Source of the DNA: Bacteroidota bacterium
GTDB taxonomy: Bacteria; Bacteroidota; Ignavibacteria; SZUA-365
NCBI GenBank assembly: GCA_035362335.1
Contig: DAOSDL010000009.1
Span: forward strand, 208-64,207
Length of the DNA stretch: 64,000 nt
Direction: 5' to 3'
Positions 17,255 through 29,408 of the stretch are shown in pieces. Below the pieces are notes generated by a model. That model was not told where the DNA came from and did not search any database. It saw only the letters and a list, made by a program, of their open reading frames with translations. The number at the start of each line of letters is the position of its first letter. Position 1 is the first letter of the stretch. Position numbers and translations under genes: made by a program.

Positions 17255-18556
17255 CTATTTGTCGGCCTCGCCCATCACGGGGTCGATGCTGCCGAGCACC
17301 GCGAGAATATCGGACAACAGATGTCCCTTGAGAAGCACCGGCAGGGCCTGAAGGTTGCAGAATGACGGCGATCGAATCTTCAATCGCCACGGGTGGCCTT
17401 CGCCACGGGATACGATATAAAATCCGAGCTGGCCTTTGGAGGATTCGATGGCGTGATACACTTCGCCGGAGGGCGGATTCACACCGAAATTCACAATCAT
17501 GAAATCGTGAATTAGCTCTTCCATGCGCGTGTAAATGCGCTCCTTGCGGGGCAGCACTTTCTTCGGCTCATGCGCGTGCACCGGTCCCGCCGGAATCTTG
17601 TCCATGCATTGAAGCACGATTTTCACGCTCTCCTTCATTTCACGGAGACGCACGTAGTAGCGCGAAAGCGAATCGCATTCGTTCTCCGTGATCACATCGA
17701 AGTCGAGGTCGTTGTACACGAGATACGGCTGGTCGCGCCGTAAATCATGCGCCACGCCGGAACCGCGGAGATTCGGACCGGTGAAGCCCCAGGCCAGAGC
17801 TTGCTCCGCCGTCATGATTCCCGTACCGCGACAGCGGTCGAAGAAAATGCGGTTGCGGTTCAGCAAGCGCTCGCCCTCGTTGAGCCGCTCGGGGAATTGA
17901 TCGATAAACGCGCGAATTGCCGCAAGACCCTCGTCCGTAATGTCCTGTGCAACACCGCCAATGCGGGTGTAGCTGGTGGTGAAACGCGCGCCGATGACGA
18001 GATCGTAGATGTCATGGATTTTCTCGCGCTCGCGGAAACACCACAGCAGCAGTGTCATCGCGCCCACGTCCATGGCCATCACGCCGAAGCCGACCAGATG
18101 TGAGGAAATGCGTGCCAACTCGGCCAGCAACGTACGGATGTACTGCGCACGGGGTGGCGCCTCTATACCCAGCAGCTTCTCCACCGCCAGGATGTAGCCC
18201 ACGTTGTTGTGCACAGGCTGGAGATAGTCGAGACGGTCGGTGTGCGTGATGAATTCGTGATAGGTTTCATTTTCCGCGATTTTTTCATAACCGCGGTGCA
18301 AATAACCGAGTTCGGGCATGGCCGAGACAATGGTCTCGCCATCGAGACGCAACAGGATGCGCAACACCCCGTGCGTGGCGGGATGCGACGGACCCATGTT
18401 GAGAATCATGTCGTTCTCGAGCGGATCGTCGAAAGAGATGTCCGGATCCATGTCGAGCAGCGCCTGGAGCAGCTTTGTACGCTTCTCTTTCGGCGGCAGA
18501 CTCGCCGTCATCACAGGAGCATTGAAAAAATCACCGTCGTGTGCCTGGCTGCTCAT
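17255..18556 (-). CDS. nuoD: NADH-quinone oxidoreductase subunit D (49 kDa)
   Basis: NMGPSHPATHGVLRILLRLDGE motif. Confidence 0.9.
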   Translation of the reverse strand: MSSQAHDGDFFNAPVMTASLPPKEKRTKLLQALLDMDPDISFDDPLENDMILNMGPSHPATHGVLRILLRLDGETIVSAMPELGYLHRGYEKIAENETYHEFITHTDRLDYLQPVHNNVGYILAVEKLLGIEAPPRAQYIRTLLAELARISSHLVGFGVMAMDVGAMTLLLWCFREREKIHDIYDLVIGARFTTSYTRIGGVAQDITDEGLAAIRAFIDQFPERLNEGERLLNRNRIFFDRCRGTGIMTAEQALAWGFTGPNLRGSGVAHDLRRDQPYLVYNDLDFDVITENECDSLSRYYVRLREMKESVKIVLQCMDKIPAGPVHAHEPKKVLPRKERIYTRMEELIHDFMIVNFGVNPPSGEVYHAIESSKGQLGFYIVSRGEGHPWRLKIRSPSFCNLQALPVLLKGHLLSDILAVLGSIDPVMGEADK

Positions 18557-18559
18557 CGC

Positions 18560-19054
18560 TCAACCCCGTTTCGGCAAGGGAATGGAACCGGGAACACCCA
18601 TCAGCGGAAAATCCTTCCGCAATGGATGGTATTCGAAGTCCTCGGTCATGTACATGCGGCGCAAATCCTTATGCCCTGGGAAGTGTACGCCGATCATATC
18701 GTAGGCTTCGCGTTCGTACCAGCCGGCTCCAGGAAATACGCCGGTAATGCTCGGTACGGAGGCATCGTCCTCGTCGACGCGCACCTTCAGGTGGATGCGC
18801 ACTTTCTTGAGTACGGAGAAAAAGTGGTAGTTGACTTCGAAGCGCTTCTTGCGCGTGAATTGATCGATGCCGAACACATCCTCGCACAACGGAAATGGAC
18901 AGAAGGGGTGGTCGCGGAGATACTCCACCACGGTCACTATACTGTCGCGTGCCACGGTCACCACCACGTCGCCGCGGAATTCGACGACATCCTCCACGGC
19001 CTCGCCGAAGCGCTCGCGGAGCGATGCAATCACCTGTTCCAAAGTCTCGTTCAT
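18560..19054 (-). CDS. nuoC: NADH-quinone oxidoreductase subunit C (30 kDa)
   Basis: MNETLEQVIASLRERFG... 164 aa. The listed ORF to 19525 is an artefactual 5' extension overlapping nuoB. Confidence 0.85.
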   Translation of the reverse strand: MNETLEQVIASLRERFGEAVEDVVEFRGDVVVTVARDSIVTVVEYLRDHPFCPFPLCEDVFGIDQFTRKKRFEVNYHFFSVLKKVRIHLKVRVDEDDASVPSITGVFPGAGWYEREAYDMIGVHFPGHKDLRRMYMTEDFEYHPLRKDFPLMGVPGSIPLPKRG

Positions 19055-19080
19055 AACTATACTATCCGGCGGCTGCGCCG

Positions 19081-19587
19081 CTATTGAATGTGAATCGCTT
19101 CCTTGCGGTCGCGGTAATCCAACACGCTGGAATTCTCCACCTTTTTCTGCAACTCCATCAGCGCATGGAAAAGATTTTCCGGGCGCGGCGGACATCCCGC
19201 AGTGAACACATCCACGGGCAGAAACTGATCGATACCCTGCACAACGGAGTAGGAGCGGAACATGCCACCCGAGGATGCGCAGGCACCCATGGCCACTACC
19301 CAGCGCGGCTCCGCCATTTGATCGTAAATCTTCCGCACCACACTCGCCATTTTGTAGGTGATGGTGCCCGCCACCAGCAACACGTCGGACTGCCGCGGCG
19401 AAAAACGCATCACTTCCATGCCATAGCGCGAAATATCGTGCCGCGGATCGCCCGCCGACATCAATTCGATCGCGCAGCACGAGGTGCCCATGGGCATGGG
19501 CCACAGCGAACTTTTGCGCGCCCAACCCACCAGCGCATCGAGTTTCGTGGTGAGATATCCCTCACCCAGCGCCGATTCTAATCCCAT
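19081..19587 (-). CDS. nuoB: NADH-quinone oxidoreductase subunit B (20 kDa)
   Basis: CCAIE...GACASSGG...GCPPRP Fe-S motifs. Start [10 protein letters not shown] chosen. Overlaps the nuoA stop by 10 nt. Confidence 0.85.
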   Translation of the reverse strand: MGLESALGEGYLTTKLDALVGWARKSSLWPMPMGTSCCAIELMSAGDPRHDISRYGMEVMRFSPRQSDVLLVAGTITYKMASVVRKIYDQMAEPRWVVAMGACASSGGMFRSYSVVQGIDQFLPVDVFTAGCPPRPENLFHALMELQKKVENSSVLDYRDRKEAIHIQ

Positions 19588-19949
19588 CGTAAAGCTCCTT
19601 TCTTCAGCTCGTACACAAAACCGACCACGAGAACAAGGACGAACACCAGCATAACAACAAAACCGGTCCATCCGAGTTCCTGAACGCGCACGGCCCAGGG
19701 ATACATGAACACCACTTCGATGTCGAAAATGATGAACGACAACGCCACCATGTAGTATTTCACCGAAAAACGGTAATGCGCGGTGCTCACGGGCTCCACG
19801 CCGCTCTCGTAGGTGGTCATTTTCTCGCGGTAGGGCCGCTGCGGACCCAACAGCCACGACAGATTCACCGAAACCACACCGAACACCACGGCGGCGCCCA
19901 GAATGAGGAAGATGGGTATGTACGATTCGATCATGCCGTCACGAAACAA
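19578..19949 (-). CDS. nuoA: NADH-quinone oxidoreductase subunit A
   Basis: ~120-aa 3-TM protein with YESGVEP motif. Confidence 0.85.
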   Translation of the reverse strand: MFRDGMIESYIPIFLILGAAVVFGVVSVNLSWLLGPQRPYREKMTTYESGVEPVSTAHYRFSVKYYMVALSFIIFDIEVVFMYPWAVRVQELGWTGFVVMLVFVLVLVVGFVYELKKGALRWD

Positions 19950-20241
19950 GTGTTAGTATCAAAAGATGAATGTAGGAAATTCCCCGTCCCTGACCAAACC
20001 CGCCCGCCTCCGGCAGCCCGCGGCCTCTTCGGCGTGGCAAGGGTGTCCCTTGAGCGCACTGCCCCCGGTCACTCCCCGGCCCGGCAGTTCCCCGTCACAC
20101 CAGCGTTCGCACGCTCCGGGTCAGCGCGCAAGCATTGTCCCGCCCGTCAATACCGCCACCGAAAACGAGCGGAAATACACCGGCCGGTAATTTGGAATGT
20201 TCTATGACCTGCGCATGACAGACCAACAGCCCCGGCTCCCG

Positions 20242-22050
20242 TCAGGAGCGGTACATGCCTTCGATCACGTCCTTGTAGTGTTCCTCTACGGCCTTGCGGC
20301 GGATTTTCATGCTCGGCGTCATCTGACCGTTTTCTATGGTGAAGGGCTCCTTGAGCAAGGTAAAGCGCCGCACCTTCTCGAAATTCGCCAAATCCTTCTG
20401 CCGCGCCTGTATGGTCTGCTCGATGAGCTTGAGAATGTCCGGATGTCCGGTCAATTCTTCGGGATCATCGTAGGTGATGCCGTTCTTGGCGGCGTACTGC
20501 TTCAGCGCCTCATAATCCGGCACAATCAACGCGGTGAGAAACATGCGTTTGTCGCCGATGAGCACGAACTGGTCGATGAACTCGCTGCCGGCGAAGAGAT
20601 TCTCGATGGGCTGCGGTGCGATGTTCTTGCCACCCGAACTCACGAAAAGATGCTTTTTCCTGTCGGTGATGTGCAGGAAACCTTCCTCGTCCAGCACGCC
20701 AATGTCGCCGGTGTGCAGCCACCCCTCGGCGTCGATGGCCTCGGCGGTGGCCTCGGGATTGTTGTAGTAACCACGCATCACATGGGGACCGCGCGTGAGT
20801 ATTTCCCCGTCTTCGGCAATGCGCACTTCAATACCCGGCAAGGGCAATCCCACCGAGCCGAAGCGGTAATTGTCGAGGCGGTTCGCGGCGATCACGGGTG
20901 AACTTTCCGTGAGTCCGTAACCTTCGATAATCAGCAAGCCCACTGCTTCGAAAAATTCGCCCAACTCGCGGGGCAGTGCGGCCCCGCCGGAAACGAAATA
21001 GCGAATCCGTCCGCCGGTGCGCTGCTTGAGTTTGCCGAACACGAGCGCGTTGGCGGCGGCATGTCGCGCGGCGAGCAGCGGACCCACGCCGGACTGCTTC
21101 CTTGCGCGCGCGTAGGCCTTGCCGGTGCCGATTGCGGCGTGGAAAATGCGCCGTTTCACGGCGGCATCCTTCTCGACCATGCGCATCACGCGATTGTAAA
21201 TGCGCTCGAACAGGCGCGGCACGGCAATGACAATGGTGGGTTTGATCTCCAACATGTTCTCGGCCACGGTTTCGATGCTTTCGGCGTAGGCCACGGTGGC
21301 GCCGCAGGAAATGGCGGTGTAATAGCCAGCCATGCGCTCGAACACATGGCACAGCGGAAGGAAAGAAAGCAGGGTATCCGTGTCCGAAATCGGCAGGATT
21401 TTCGCGGCCGCGACGATGTTCGATACGAAATTCGCATGCGAAAGCATCACGCCTTTGGGATTGCCCGTGGTGCCCGAGGTGTAGATGATGGTGCACAAAT
21501 CCTCGGGCAGGATGGTGGCCGCCGCTTCGCGCAACGCGTGCGGGTGCTGCTGATGATCCGAAGCGCCGGAAGCGAGTACTTCAGCGAAGGACAGCACATT
21601 GTCCGGCCTGTCGTCGAGTTCGTTCATCACGATAACGTGCTTCAGCGACGGCACATCGTCACGTATGCGTTCGATCTTGGATAGCTGGTAACGATTCGAC
21701 ACCACCACTACCGAGGCACCGGCGTCGCGGAGAATGAACTCGATTTGCTTGGCGGTCTGCGAGGGAAAAATGGGAACGTTCACCGCACCGTGAAACAACA
21801 CTGCCTGATCGGTGATCACCCACTCCGGGCGATTCTCCGACACCAACGCGACACGATCGCCCCGGCGCACACCCAGCTTGAGCAGGCCGTGGAAAAACAT
21901 GGCCACCTGCGTGCGCATGTCCCCATACCGCAACGGCTGGAATTGCCCCTCCACCTTGCGCATGAACAACGGTCGCTCTTCATGGGCATACAGATCCGTG
22001 AGATTCAGGAACATCTCCGGAATTGTCGAAAAGGTCACGGCAAGACTCAT
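20242..22050 (-). CDS. Long-chain fatty-acid--CoA ligase (AMP-dependent synthetase)
   Basis: TSGTTGNPKGVMLSH AMP-binding motif. 602 aa. Confidence 0.85.
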   Translation of the reverse strand: MSLAVTFSTIPEMFLNLTDLYAHEERPLFMRKVEGQFQPLRYGDMRTQVAMFFHGLLKLGVRRGDRVALVSENRPEWVITDQAVLFHGAVNVPIFPSQTAKQIEFILRDAGASVVVVSNRYQLSKIERIRDDVPSLKHVIVMNELDDRPDNVLSFAEVLASGASDHQQHPHALREAAATILPEDLCTIIYTSGTTGNPKGVMLSHANFVSNIVAAAKILPISDTDTLLSFLPLCHVFERMAGYYTAISCGATVAYAESIETVAENMLEIKPTIVIAVPRLFERIYNRVMRMVEKDAAVKRRIFHAAIGTGKAYARARKQSGVGPLLAARHAAANALVFGKLKQRTGGRIRYFVSGGAALPRELGEFFEAVGLLIIEGYGLTESSPVIAANRLDNYRFGSVGLPLPGIEVRIAEDGEILTRGPHVMRGYYNNPEATAEAIDAEGWLHTGDIGVLDEEGFLHITDRKKHLFVSSGGKNIAPQPIENLFAGSEFIDQFVLIGDKRMFLTALIVPDYEALKQYAAKNGITYDDPEELTGHPDILKLIEQTIQARQKDLANFEKVRRFTLLKEPFTIENGQMTPSMKIRRKAVEEHYKDVIEGMYRS

Positions 22051-22123
22051 ACGCGTCTCGTGCTATGATGGTGAGGCCTGATGCCGGAAAATACCTCCCG
22101 GCGCGGTAACGATCAATGCGGCG

Positions 22124-22705
22124 TCACTTCTTGCCGGAACGACCCGGCTTGCGTATGGGCACGCCGTCGCGGCACAGTGGACAGTCGTCGGGCTGATGCG
22201 TGATCACGTCCAGCGTGAGCAACGCCCGTGAGGGAATGCCGAAATCCACCTTGCCTCCACTGCGGTCCACCAAGAATGCGAGCCCCAGCAGCGTGGCGCC
22301 CGTGGCCTTCACCACGTCGATCACTTCGAACATGCTGCCACCCGTGGTCACAATATCCTCCACCAGCAGCACGCGGTCCTCGTCTGTCAGCTCGAAGCCC
22401 CGGCGCAGCACCATGGCACCATCCACCCGCTCGGTGAACATGGCGCGAATGCCCAGCTGCTTTGCGGTTTCATGCGCGAGAATAATGCCTCCCGTGGCGG
22501 GACCAAGTACAACGGTGGGACTCTGTGCGCCCCACTGCGCCACGAATTCCGCGCATAGCTCCGCTGTGTGCGCGGGATGCTCCAGCACGCGGAACTTCTC
22601 CACGTAATGCGGGCTGTGCAACCCGGAAGTGAGCACGAAATGCCCTTCGAGAAACGCTCCCGCCTGCTTGAAAATGTTCAACAATTCGTCGTGTGTCTTT
22701 GCCAT
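22124..22705 (-). CDS. pyrE: Orotate phosphoribosyltransferase
   Basis: PRPP-binding motif VLLVEDIVTTGGS. Start MAKTHDEL chosen (the ORF track extends further upstream). Confidence 0.8.
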   Translation of the reverse strand: MAKTHDELLNIFKQAGAFLEGHFVLTSGLHSPHYVEKFRVLEHPAHTAELCAEFVAQWGAQSPTVVLGPATGGIILAHETAKQLGIRAMFTERVDGAMVLRRGFELTDEDRVLLVEDIVTTGGSMFEVIDVVKATGATLLGLAFLVDRSGGKVDFGIPSRALLTLDVITHQPDDCPLCRDGVPIRKPGRSGKK

Positions 22706-22789
22706 GCATGCTCCTGCTTTCGCGTGAAAAACGATGCGATGGTCAAGTATACGCAAAGCACGGGGGCTCATGCAATTCCTCGACATTCC

Positions 22790-22890
22790 GGGTTGGCACA
22801 GTACGGGATACATTCGAAGGGCGCGGAGACGATTAGGCGCGAACCCTCTGAGCCCTCGGTGTGGCGAAGCCCTCGGTGTTCTCCGTGTTC
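22790..22890. repeat. Small dispersed intergenic repeat (copy 1), shared with 41905-42130
   Basis: Shares GTACGGGATACATTCGAAG and CCTCTGAGCCCTCGGTGT..CGAAGC.CTC.G.GTTCTC.GTGTTC with the second copy. Confidence 0.4.
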
Positions 22891-22930
22891 ACATTGCATT
22901 CACCCGGACCACGATGCAAGCAAGCTCCCA

Positions 22931-23218
22931 CTACCCGCCCACATACGCTTCGTCAATCCCCCGCGCAAGAGCAACGTCCTTCTCCGTGATGCCGCCTTCA
23001 CTGTGCGTGGACAGCGCGAAGGTGACGCGATTGTAACGGATGTCGATGTCCGGATGATGATCGGCAACATCGGCGAGCATGCCCGCCTGAACCACGAGGG
23101 CGATGGCGCGATGAAAGGTGGGGGTGACAAATACGCGGTGCAACTGGCCATTCACAATCGACCATCCGTCGAGTGTGGCGAGTTGCGCGTCGAGTTGACT
23201 GGCTGTGAGCAATGCCAT
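22931..23218 (-). CDS. 4a-hydroxytetrahydrobiopterin (pterin-4a-carbinolamine) dehydratase
   Basis: ~95 aa PCD/DCoH pattern (..WSIVNGQLHRVFVTPTFHRAIALV..HHPDIDIRYNRVTF..). Confidence 0.75.
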   Translation of the reverse strand: MALLTASQLDAQLATLDGWSIVNGQLHRVFVTPTFHRAIALVVQAGMLADVADHHPDIDIRYNRVTFALSTHSEGGITEKDVALARGIDEAYVGG

Positions 23219-23311
23219 GATCGTTCCTTGCTGATGGGACATGACAGACACAACACGCACCGCGCTTGTATGGTTCTGGCCCGCGTTCCCTTCGCCGCCC
23301 GGCCGCCGGTG

Positions 23312-25180
23312 CTATTCCTCGTCCGGATCCGGAAGTTCGGTGATGCCAGCGATGTCGTTCAACGTGAGCAGAATTTTATCCACTTCCGCCTTTTTCCGCA
23401 TGAGGTCGAGCTGCGTTTCCGTGTCGAGGGCGACACGCAGAGCGTCCATGTAGCCACGCCGGCGCTCGTCGAAACGCAGCCGCAGCACGGCGCGGTAGTC
23501 GTCGCAGAGCACACGGCGATGGTCCACATCCACCACGGTTTGCCGCTCGCTCCAATCGCTGTTGGGTTCGTCGCGTGGCATCATCAGATCGGCGAGCAGC
23601 GTGTGCATCGCGGCATCGTCGGTGGCGAGATTCCACAGGGCGTTGCTGTTCACCGCGCCTTCGTGCTCCTCCTGCTCGAACAGCTCATGCAGTATGCGCT
23701 GTATGCGCGGATGGCGGAAATGGGCGATGCTGATGGAGTGCAACACCTCGCTCTGCACGTCGCTCGGGGCCAGCAGTAGATGCGAACAGAATATCCGTTC
23801 CTCCTTCGGTAGCGGCGCATCACGTTCCTCGGCCCGCGGCGCTTCCTCCGCTTCTTCCACGCGCACAGGTCGTTCGCCGCGCTTCGTCCCGCGCAGCACC
23901 TTGGCCAATTCCTGAAACAGCACGTTCTCGTACATCCCGTATTTGCGGGCGATATGACGCACGTAGAATTCACGCCTGATGGGATCGTCCATTTTCGCGA
24001 TCATGCCCACGATGTGATGCACGGCCGAGGCCATGCCTTCGGGTGAATCCAGCCGACCCTCGGCCTTATAGCGGTCGGTGACGAAATCCACGAAGGAGAC
24101 GGCGGTGCCGAGCTGCTCGCGCACGGCTTCTTCTCCGAATTTCAGGACGTAGGAATCCGGATCCTCCCCCGCGGGCAAGCGCACCACGCGCGCATCGCAA
24201 TCCTCGGCGAGTATCACATCGAGGCCGCGCAGCATGGCTGCTATACCGGCCGAGTCGGCGTCGTAGAGGAAGAAGATGTTCCGCGTGTACCGCCGCAGCA
24301 TGTGCACCTGATCAGGCGTGAGCGCGGTGCCACTGGTCGACACGGTGTTGCGCACACCGGCCTGATGCATGCTGATCACATCCGCGTAGCCCTCGACCAC
24401 AATAACAGCGTCGCGCTCGCGAATAGCCGAGGATGCCTGCGACAAACCGTACAGCACGCGGCTTTTGTTGTATATCACCGAATCGGGCGAATTCAGATAC
24501 TTGGGTTCATCCTCGGGCGACAGTGCGCGGGCACCGAAGCCCACCACCTTGCGCGTGACGTGGATGATGGGGAACACCACGCGATTGCGGAAGCGGTCGT
24601 AGTTGCGGCCACCATCCTTGCGCACCACCAGGCCGGCTTTCTCCATGATATCCATATCCACGCCTTCACTGCGCAAATGGTCGAGCAAGCCGCTCCAGCC
24701 CGAAGGCGCAAAACCCAGCCCGAACGCGCGCTGCGTCTCGATGGTCCACTGCCGGCGCTTGTAATACTCCCGCCCGATGGCGCCCGCATCCGATTGCAGG
24801 GTGTCGTGGAAAAAATGCGCGGCCAGGCGCGTGGCGTCGTACAGCGCCTCGATGTCTTCACGCTTCTCCGCCGTGGGTTGCGTGCCCTCGCGATCGATCG
24901 CGATGCCGTAGCGGTCGGCGAGTTCCTCCACGGCTTCGAGAAAGGACACGCTCTCGATGTCCATGATAAAACCGATCGGATCGCCTCCTTTGCCGCAGCC
25001 GAAACATTTGTAAATGTTCCGCTCGGGATTCACGTTGAAGGAAGGCGTTTTTTCCTTGTGAAACGGACAGAGGCCGACGAAATTCCGCCCGGCCTTTCTC
25101 AAACGCACGAAGCCGCTGACAATGTCGACGATGTCAGCGGCCGCGCGTACACGTTCTATCGTGCCGTCCGTTATTCTCAT
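23312..25180 (-). CDS. dnaG: DNA primase
   Basis: Zinc ribbon CPFHKEKTPSFNVNPERNIYKCFGCGKGGD. TOPRIM region EGYADVISMHQAG. Confidence 0.9.
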   Translation of the reverse strand: MRITDGTIERVRAAADIVDIVSGFVRLRKAGRNFVGLCPFHKEKTPSFNVNPERNIYKCFGCGKGGDPIGFIMDIESVSFLEAVEELADRYGIAIDREGTQPTAEKREDIEALYDATRLAAHFFHDTLQSDAGAIGREYYKRRQWTIETQRAFGLGFAPSGWSGLLDHLRSEGVDMDIMEKAGLVVRKDGGRNYDRFRNRVVFPIIHVTRKVVGFGARALSPEDEPKYLNSPDSVIYNKSRVLYGLSQASSAIRERDAVIVVEGYADVISMHQAGVRNTVSTSGTALTPDQVHMLRRYTRNIFFLYDADSAGIAAMLRGLDVILAEDCDARVVRLPAGEDPDSYVLKFGEEAVREQLGTAVSFVDFVTDRYKAEGRLDSPEGMASAVHHIVGMIAKMDDPIRREFYVRHIARKYGMYENVLFQELAKVLRGTKRGERPVRVEEAEEAPRAEERDAPLPKEERIFCSHLLLAPSDVQSEVLHSISIAHFRHPRIQRILHELFEQEEHEGAVNSNALWNLATDDAAMHTLLADLMMPRDEPNSDWSERQTVVDVDHRRVLCDDYRAVLRLRFDERRRGYMDALRVALDTETQLDLMRKKAEVDKILLTLNDIAGITELPDPDEE

Positions 25181-26148
25181 TGCAGCAGGAGCATGCTCCT
25201 CGTCGCGGTGACACCACCACTGAGCAGCCGCGCCATGTACATACCCGGCGGCAAGCCACGCGCATCGAATTGCACACTGTGCGATCCGGCATCCATCATG
25301 CCATCGGCCAACACCGATACCACACGGCCGAGCATGTCATGCACGGTGAGCGTTATTGCCGCACGCCCGGGCAGGGAGTAATGCAGCGTGGTGCCCGAGA
25401 TGAAGGGATTGGGAAAATTGGCAGCAAGCGTCGGCTGCGCAGGCAGGGGCGTTTCCTCCACCGCGGTGACATCCACATTCGGGAGATTGGGATTGTACGT
25501 CACCACCGAGCGGATGAACAGTGAGACATTCGCGCCTTGCGTGGCGAAGTCGTTGCGCGAATTCTTTTCTTCGGGAGCGATGAGGTAGCGGCGGTAACGC
25601 TGATACTCCGGCTGCTCGGGATTGGAAAGCACGCTGAAGCCATTCCACAATCCCTGCCCCACCGCGATTTTCTGCCGCGAGAGGATTTTCACCCCTACGA
25701 TGAAATCGCGCTTTGGCGAGAAAATAATCGGCGGATTGAGTTTCACCGCCAGCACGTCGCGGCCACCGGCTTCGAGTGGATCCTGGAAGCGAATGTTCGG
25801 ACTGGGGAAGCCCGCGTCGCCGAGATTGACCGTGTAGGTTTTCTGCAACCCCACCAGCATCGGCGGCACATTGCCGTTTTCGAACACGAACACCACCAGC
25901 GTGTCGTTGCCGGTCAGCGCCTGAAACTTCACCACGCTGAAGCCCACCAGCACGGTGTGCAGGGTACATTTTTCCGCAGGCGAAAAGCGGGCATTGAAAA
26001 TCACGTCCAGCTCGCCCGGAAAGCGGGTAACGGCGATGAGCTTGCCTTCCATGATGTTGGTGATACCGTCGTACATCAACGTATCCACCTGCGCATGCGC
26101 GGGCAGGACGAGTGTGCAGGCGAGAATGAGAGCGGCCAGGTAACGCAT
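25177..26148 (-). CDS. Secreted protein with T9SS C-terminal sorting domain
   Basis: Signal peptide MRYLAALILACTLVLPAHAQ. C-terminus NFPNPFISGTTLHYSLPGRAAITLTVHDMLGRVV...GMYMARLLSGG. Confidence 0.7.
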   Translation of the reverse strand: MRYLAALILACTLVLPAHAQVDTLMYDGITNIMEGKLIAVTRFPGELDVIFNARFSPAEKCTLHTVLVGFSVVKFQALTGNDTLVVFVFENGNVPPMLVGLQKTYTVNLGDAGFPSPNIRFQDPLEAGGRDVLAVKLNPPIIFSPKRDFIVGVKILSRQKIAVGQGLWNGFSVLSNPEQPEYQRYRRYLIAPEEKNSRNDFATQGANVSLFIRSVVTYNPNLPNVDVTAVEETPLPAQPTLAANFPNPFISGTTLHYSLPGRAAITLTVHDMLGRVVSVLADGMMDAGSHSVQFDARGLPPGMYMARLLSGGVTATRSMLLLQ

Positions 26149-26202
26149 GGGTACTCCTCTATACTCTACTCTTGTGATAGCATTGCGTGCGCGTGCGCGC
26201 CA

Positions 26203-27891
<1,689 letters not shown>

Positions 27892-28821
27892 CTACGCGAA
27901 TACAATGAAATCAAGGTAGAGAAAGACCGCAGGCGATACAAATATAAGACTGTCGAAGCGGTCGAACACGCCGCCATGTCCGGGCAGCATGCCTGAGGAA
28001 TCCTTCACCCCGGCATCGCGCTTGAGCAGCGATTCCGTCAGATCGCCGAGCTGCCCGAGCACGCCGATCATGAGTCCGAGCAGCACGGCATCGACAACGC
28101 CGAGATAATCGAGCGCGATGGCGCGCGCCGCCAGCATGCTGCCCACAGCCGCCACGGCACCCCAGATGGCTCCTTCCCAGGTTTTTTTCGGACTCACCCG
28201 CGGGAAGAGTTTGTGCCGTCCCATGGCCCGTCCGCCGAAATATGCGGCCGTGTCGCACATCCAGATTCCGGCCAGCACGGCTATCATGGTGCCGCCACCC
28301 CAGCGTTCGAGTTGCGCAAGCTGCGCGGTGTTGAGCGTGGCCGTGCCGAATACGCGGCCGACGGGGAATTCCACCACGGTGAAAATCTCGCGAATTCCCA
28401 CGGTGGTGGCCAGAAACAGTCCGATGTACATCACGCCCAGCAGCGTGCTTCCGAGATTGAGCAAGGGCGCGTCGGCACCACGGAACAATTCCACCAGCAA
28501 CGCCAGCATCACGCCCAGCAACAGCACCCAGAGCAACGCCTGCCATTGCAGCGGCCAGGCGAGCGGACCAAACAGCAGCACCGCATCCGCCGCCAGGCGC
28601 TCGTGCATGAACACCACGAGTAGCAGCAGCGACAATGCGATCATGGTACCGCGTTGCGGCGTGGCACCCTTGGCACGCACAAGGCGGCCGTACTCCACTA
28701 TCGCGGCGACCTGCACCGCCGCGATAAACAGCATCCACGCGTAACCGCCAAACCACGCCATAGCCACCACTGCGGGGATGGCAAACAGCGCGAACAGGAC
28801 GCGCGTCCGCGTATCACTCAC
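27892..28821 (-). CDS. cdsA: Phosphatidate cytidylyltransferase
   Basis: C-terminal signature LGDLTESLLKRDAGVKDSSGMLPGHGGVFDRFDS. Confidence 0.85.
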   Translation of the reverse strand: MSDTRTRVLFALFAIPAVVAMAWFGGYAWMLFIAAVQVAAIVEYGRLVRAKGATPQRGTMIALSLLLLVVFMHERLAADAVLLFGPLAWPLQWQALLWVLLLGVMLALLVELFRGADAPLLNLGSTLLGVMYIGLFLATTVGIREIFTVVEFPVGRVFGTATLNTAQLAQLERWGGGTMIAVLAGIWMCDTAAYFGGRAMGRHKLFPRVSPKKTWEGAIWGAVAAVGSMLAARAIALDYLGVVDAVLLGLMIGVLGQLGDLTESLLKRDAGVKDSSGMLPGHGGVFDRFDSLIFVSPAVFLYLDFIVFA

Positions 28822-29396
28822 GCGCCGTTCTCCTCGGGCAATTCCCCTTCGGCAAGGCCTTCGTCCTTGAGCAGCGCCTCGATGATTTCACGCGCCTCTT
28901 CGAGTTGCGCGCGCGGCACCATCACATTCACCAACGCCAGCATGCCCATGGTGGTGAAATACACATGATCGTGCTGGTTGAAAATCAGCGCATGAATGCC
29001 CGCACCGTCAAGATTGGCCTTGATCATCTCGGCTTCATAATCCGTGGACGTGGTGTACACCACCACGAAACCCTGATGCACATTCAGATGCTCATCGCTC
29101 TCGCAGAACACGCGGCCATTTTGCTCGCGCGCGCAATCCTCGCACAGCGGTTTGCCGCAGATCACGCAGCCACCCACCGCATCGCGGTCGGGGTGGTTTT
29201 CGCATTCCGGAGTTTCATCTCCGGGAATTTCCTCCAGCAGCACGCCGCAGTTGTTGCAGAACGTGTCGTTCGCCGATACCGGCTCCTGGCAATTGTAGCA
29301 AAACACGGGCGTACCCTCGACGAGGGGAATGCCGCAATCCACGCATTCGGCCACGCCGGCTTGATACTCGGTTTGACATTGCGGACAGTACGACAT
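28818..29396 (-). CDS. Zinc-ribbon protein with C-terminal DUF2007-like domain (hypothetical)
   Basis: Three CxxC..CxxC ribbons (CPQC..CVDC, CYNC..CNNC, CVIC..CEDC). 4-nt overlap with cdsA. Confidence 0.5.
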   Translation of the reverse strand: MSYCPQCQTEYQAGVAECVDCGIPLVEGTPVFCYNCQEPVSANDTFCNNCGVLLEEIPGDETPECENHPDRDAVGGCVICGKPLCEDCAREQNGRVFCESDEHLNVHQGFVVVYTTSTDYEAEMIKANLDGAGIHALIFNQHDHVYFTTMGMLALVNVMVPRAQLEEAREIIEALLKDEGLAEGELPEENGA

Positions 29397-29408
29397 GGGA
29401 TCCTCCTT

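Noticed and set aside
18560-19525. 321-aa version of nuoC
   Set aside because: The N-terminal 157 aa overlap nuoB in another frame and are junk. NuoC proper starts at MNETLEQ (19054).
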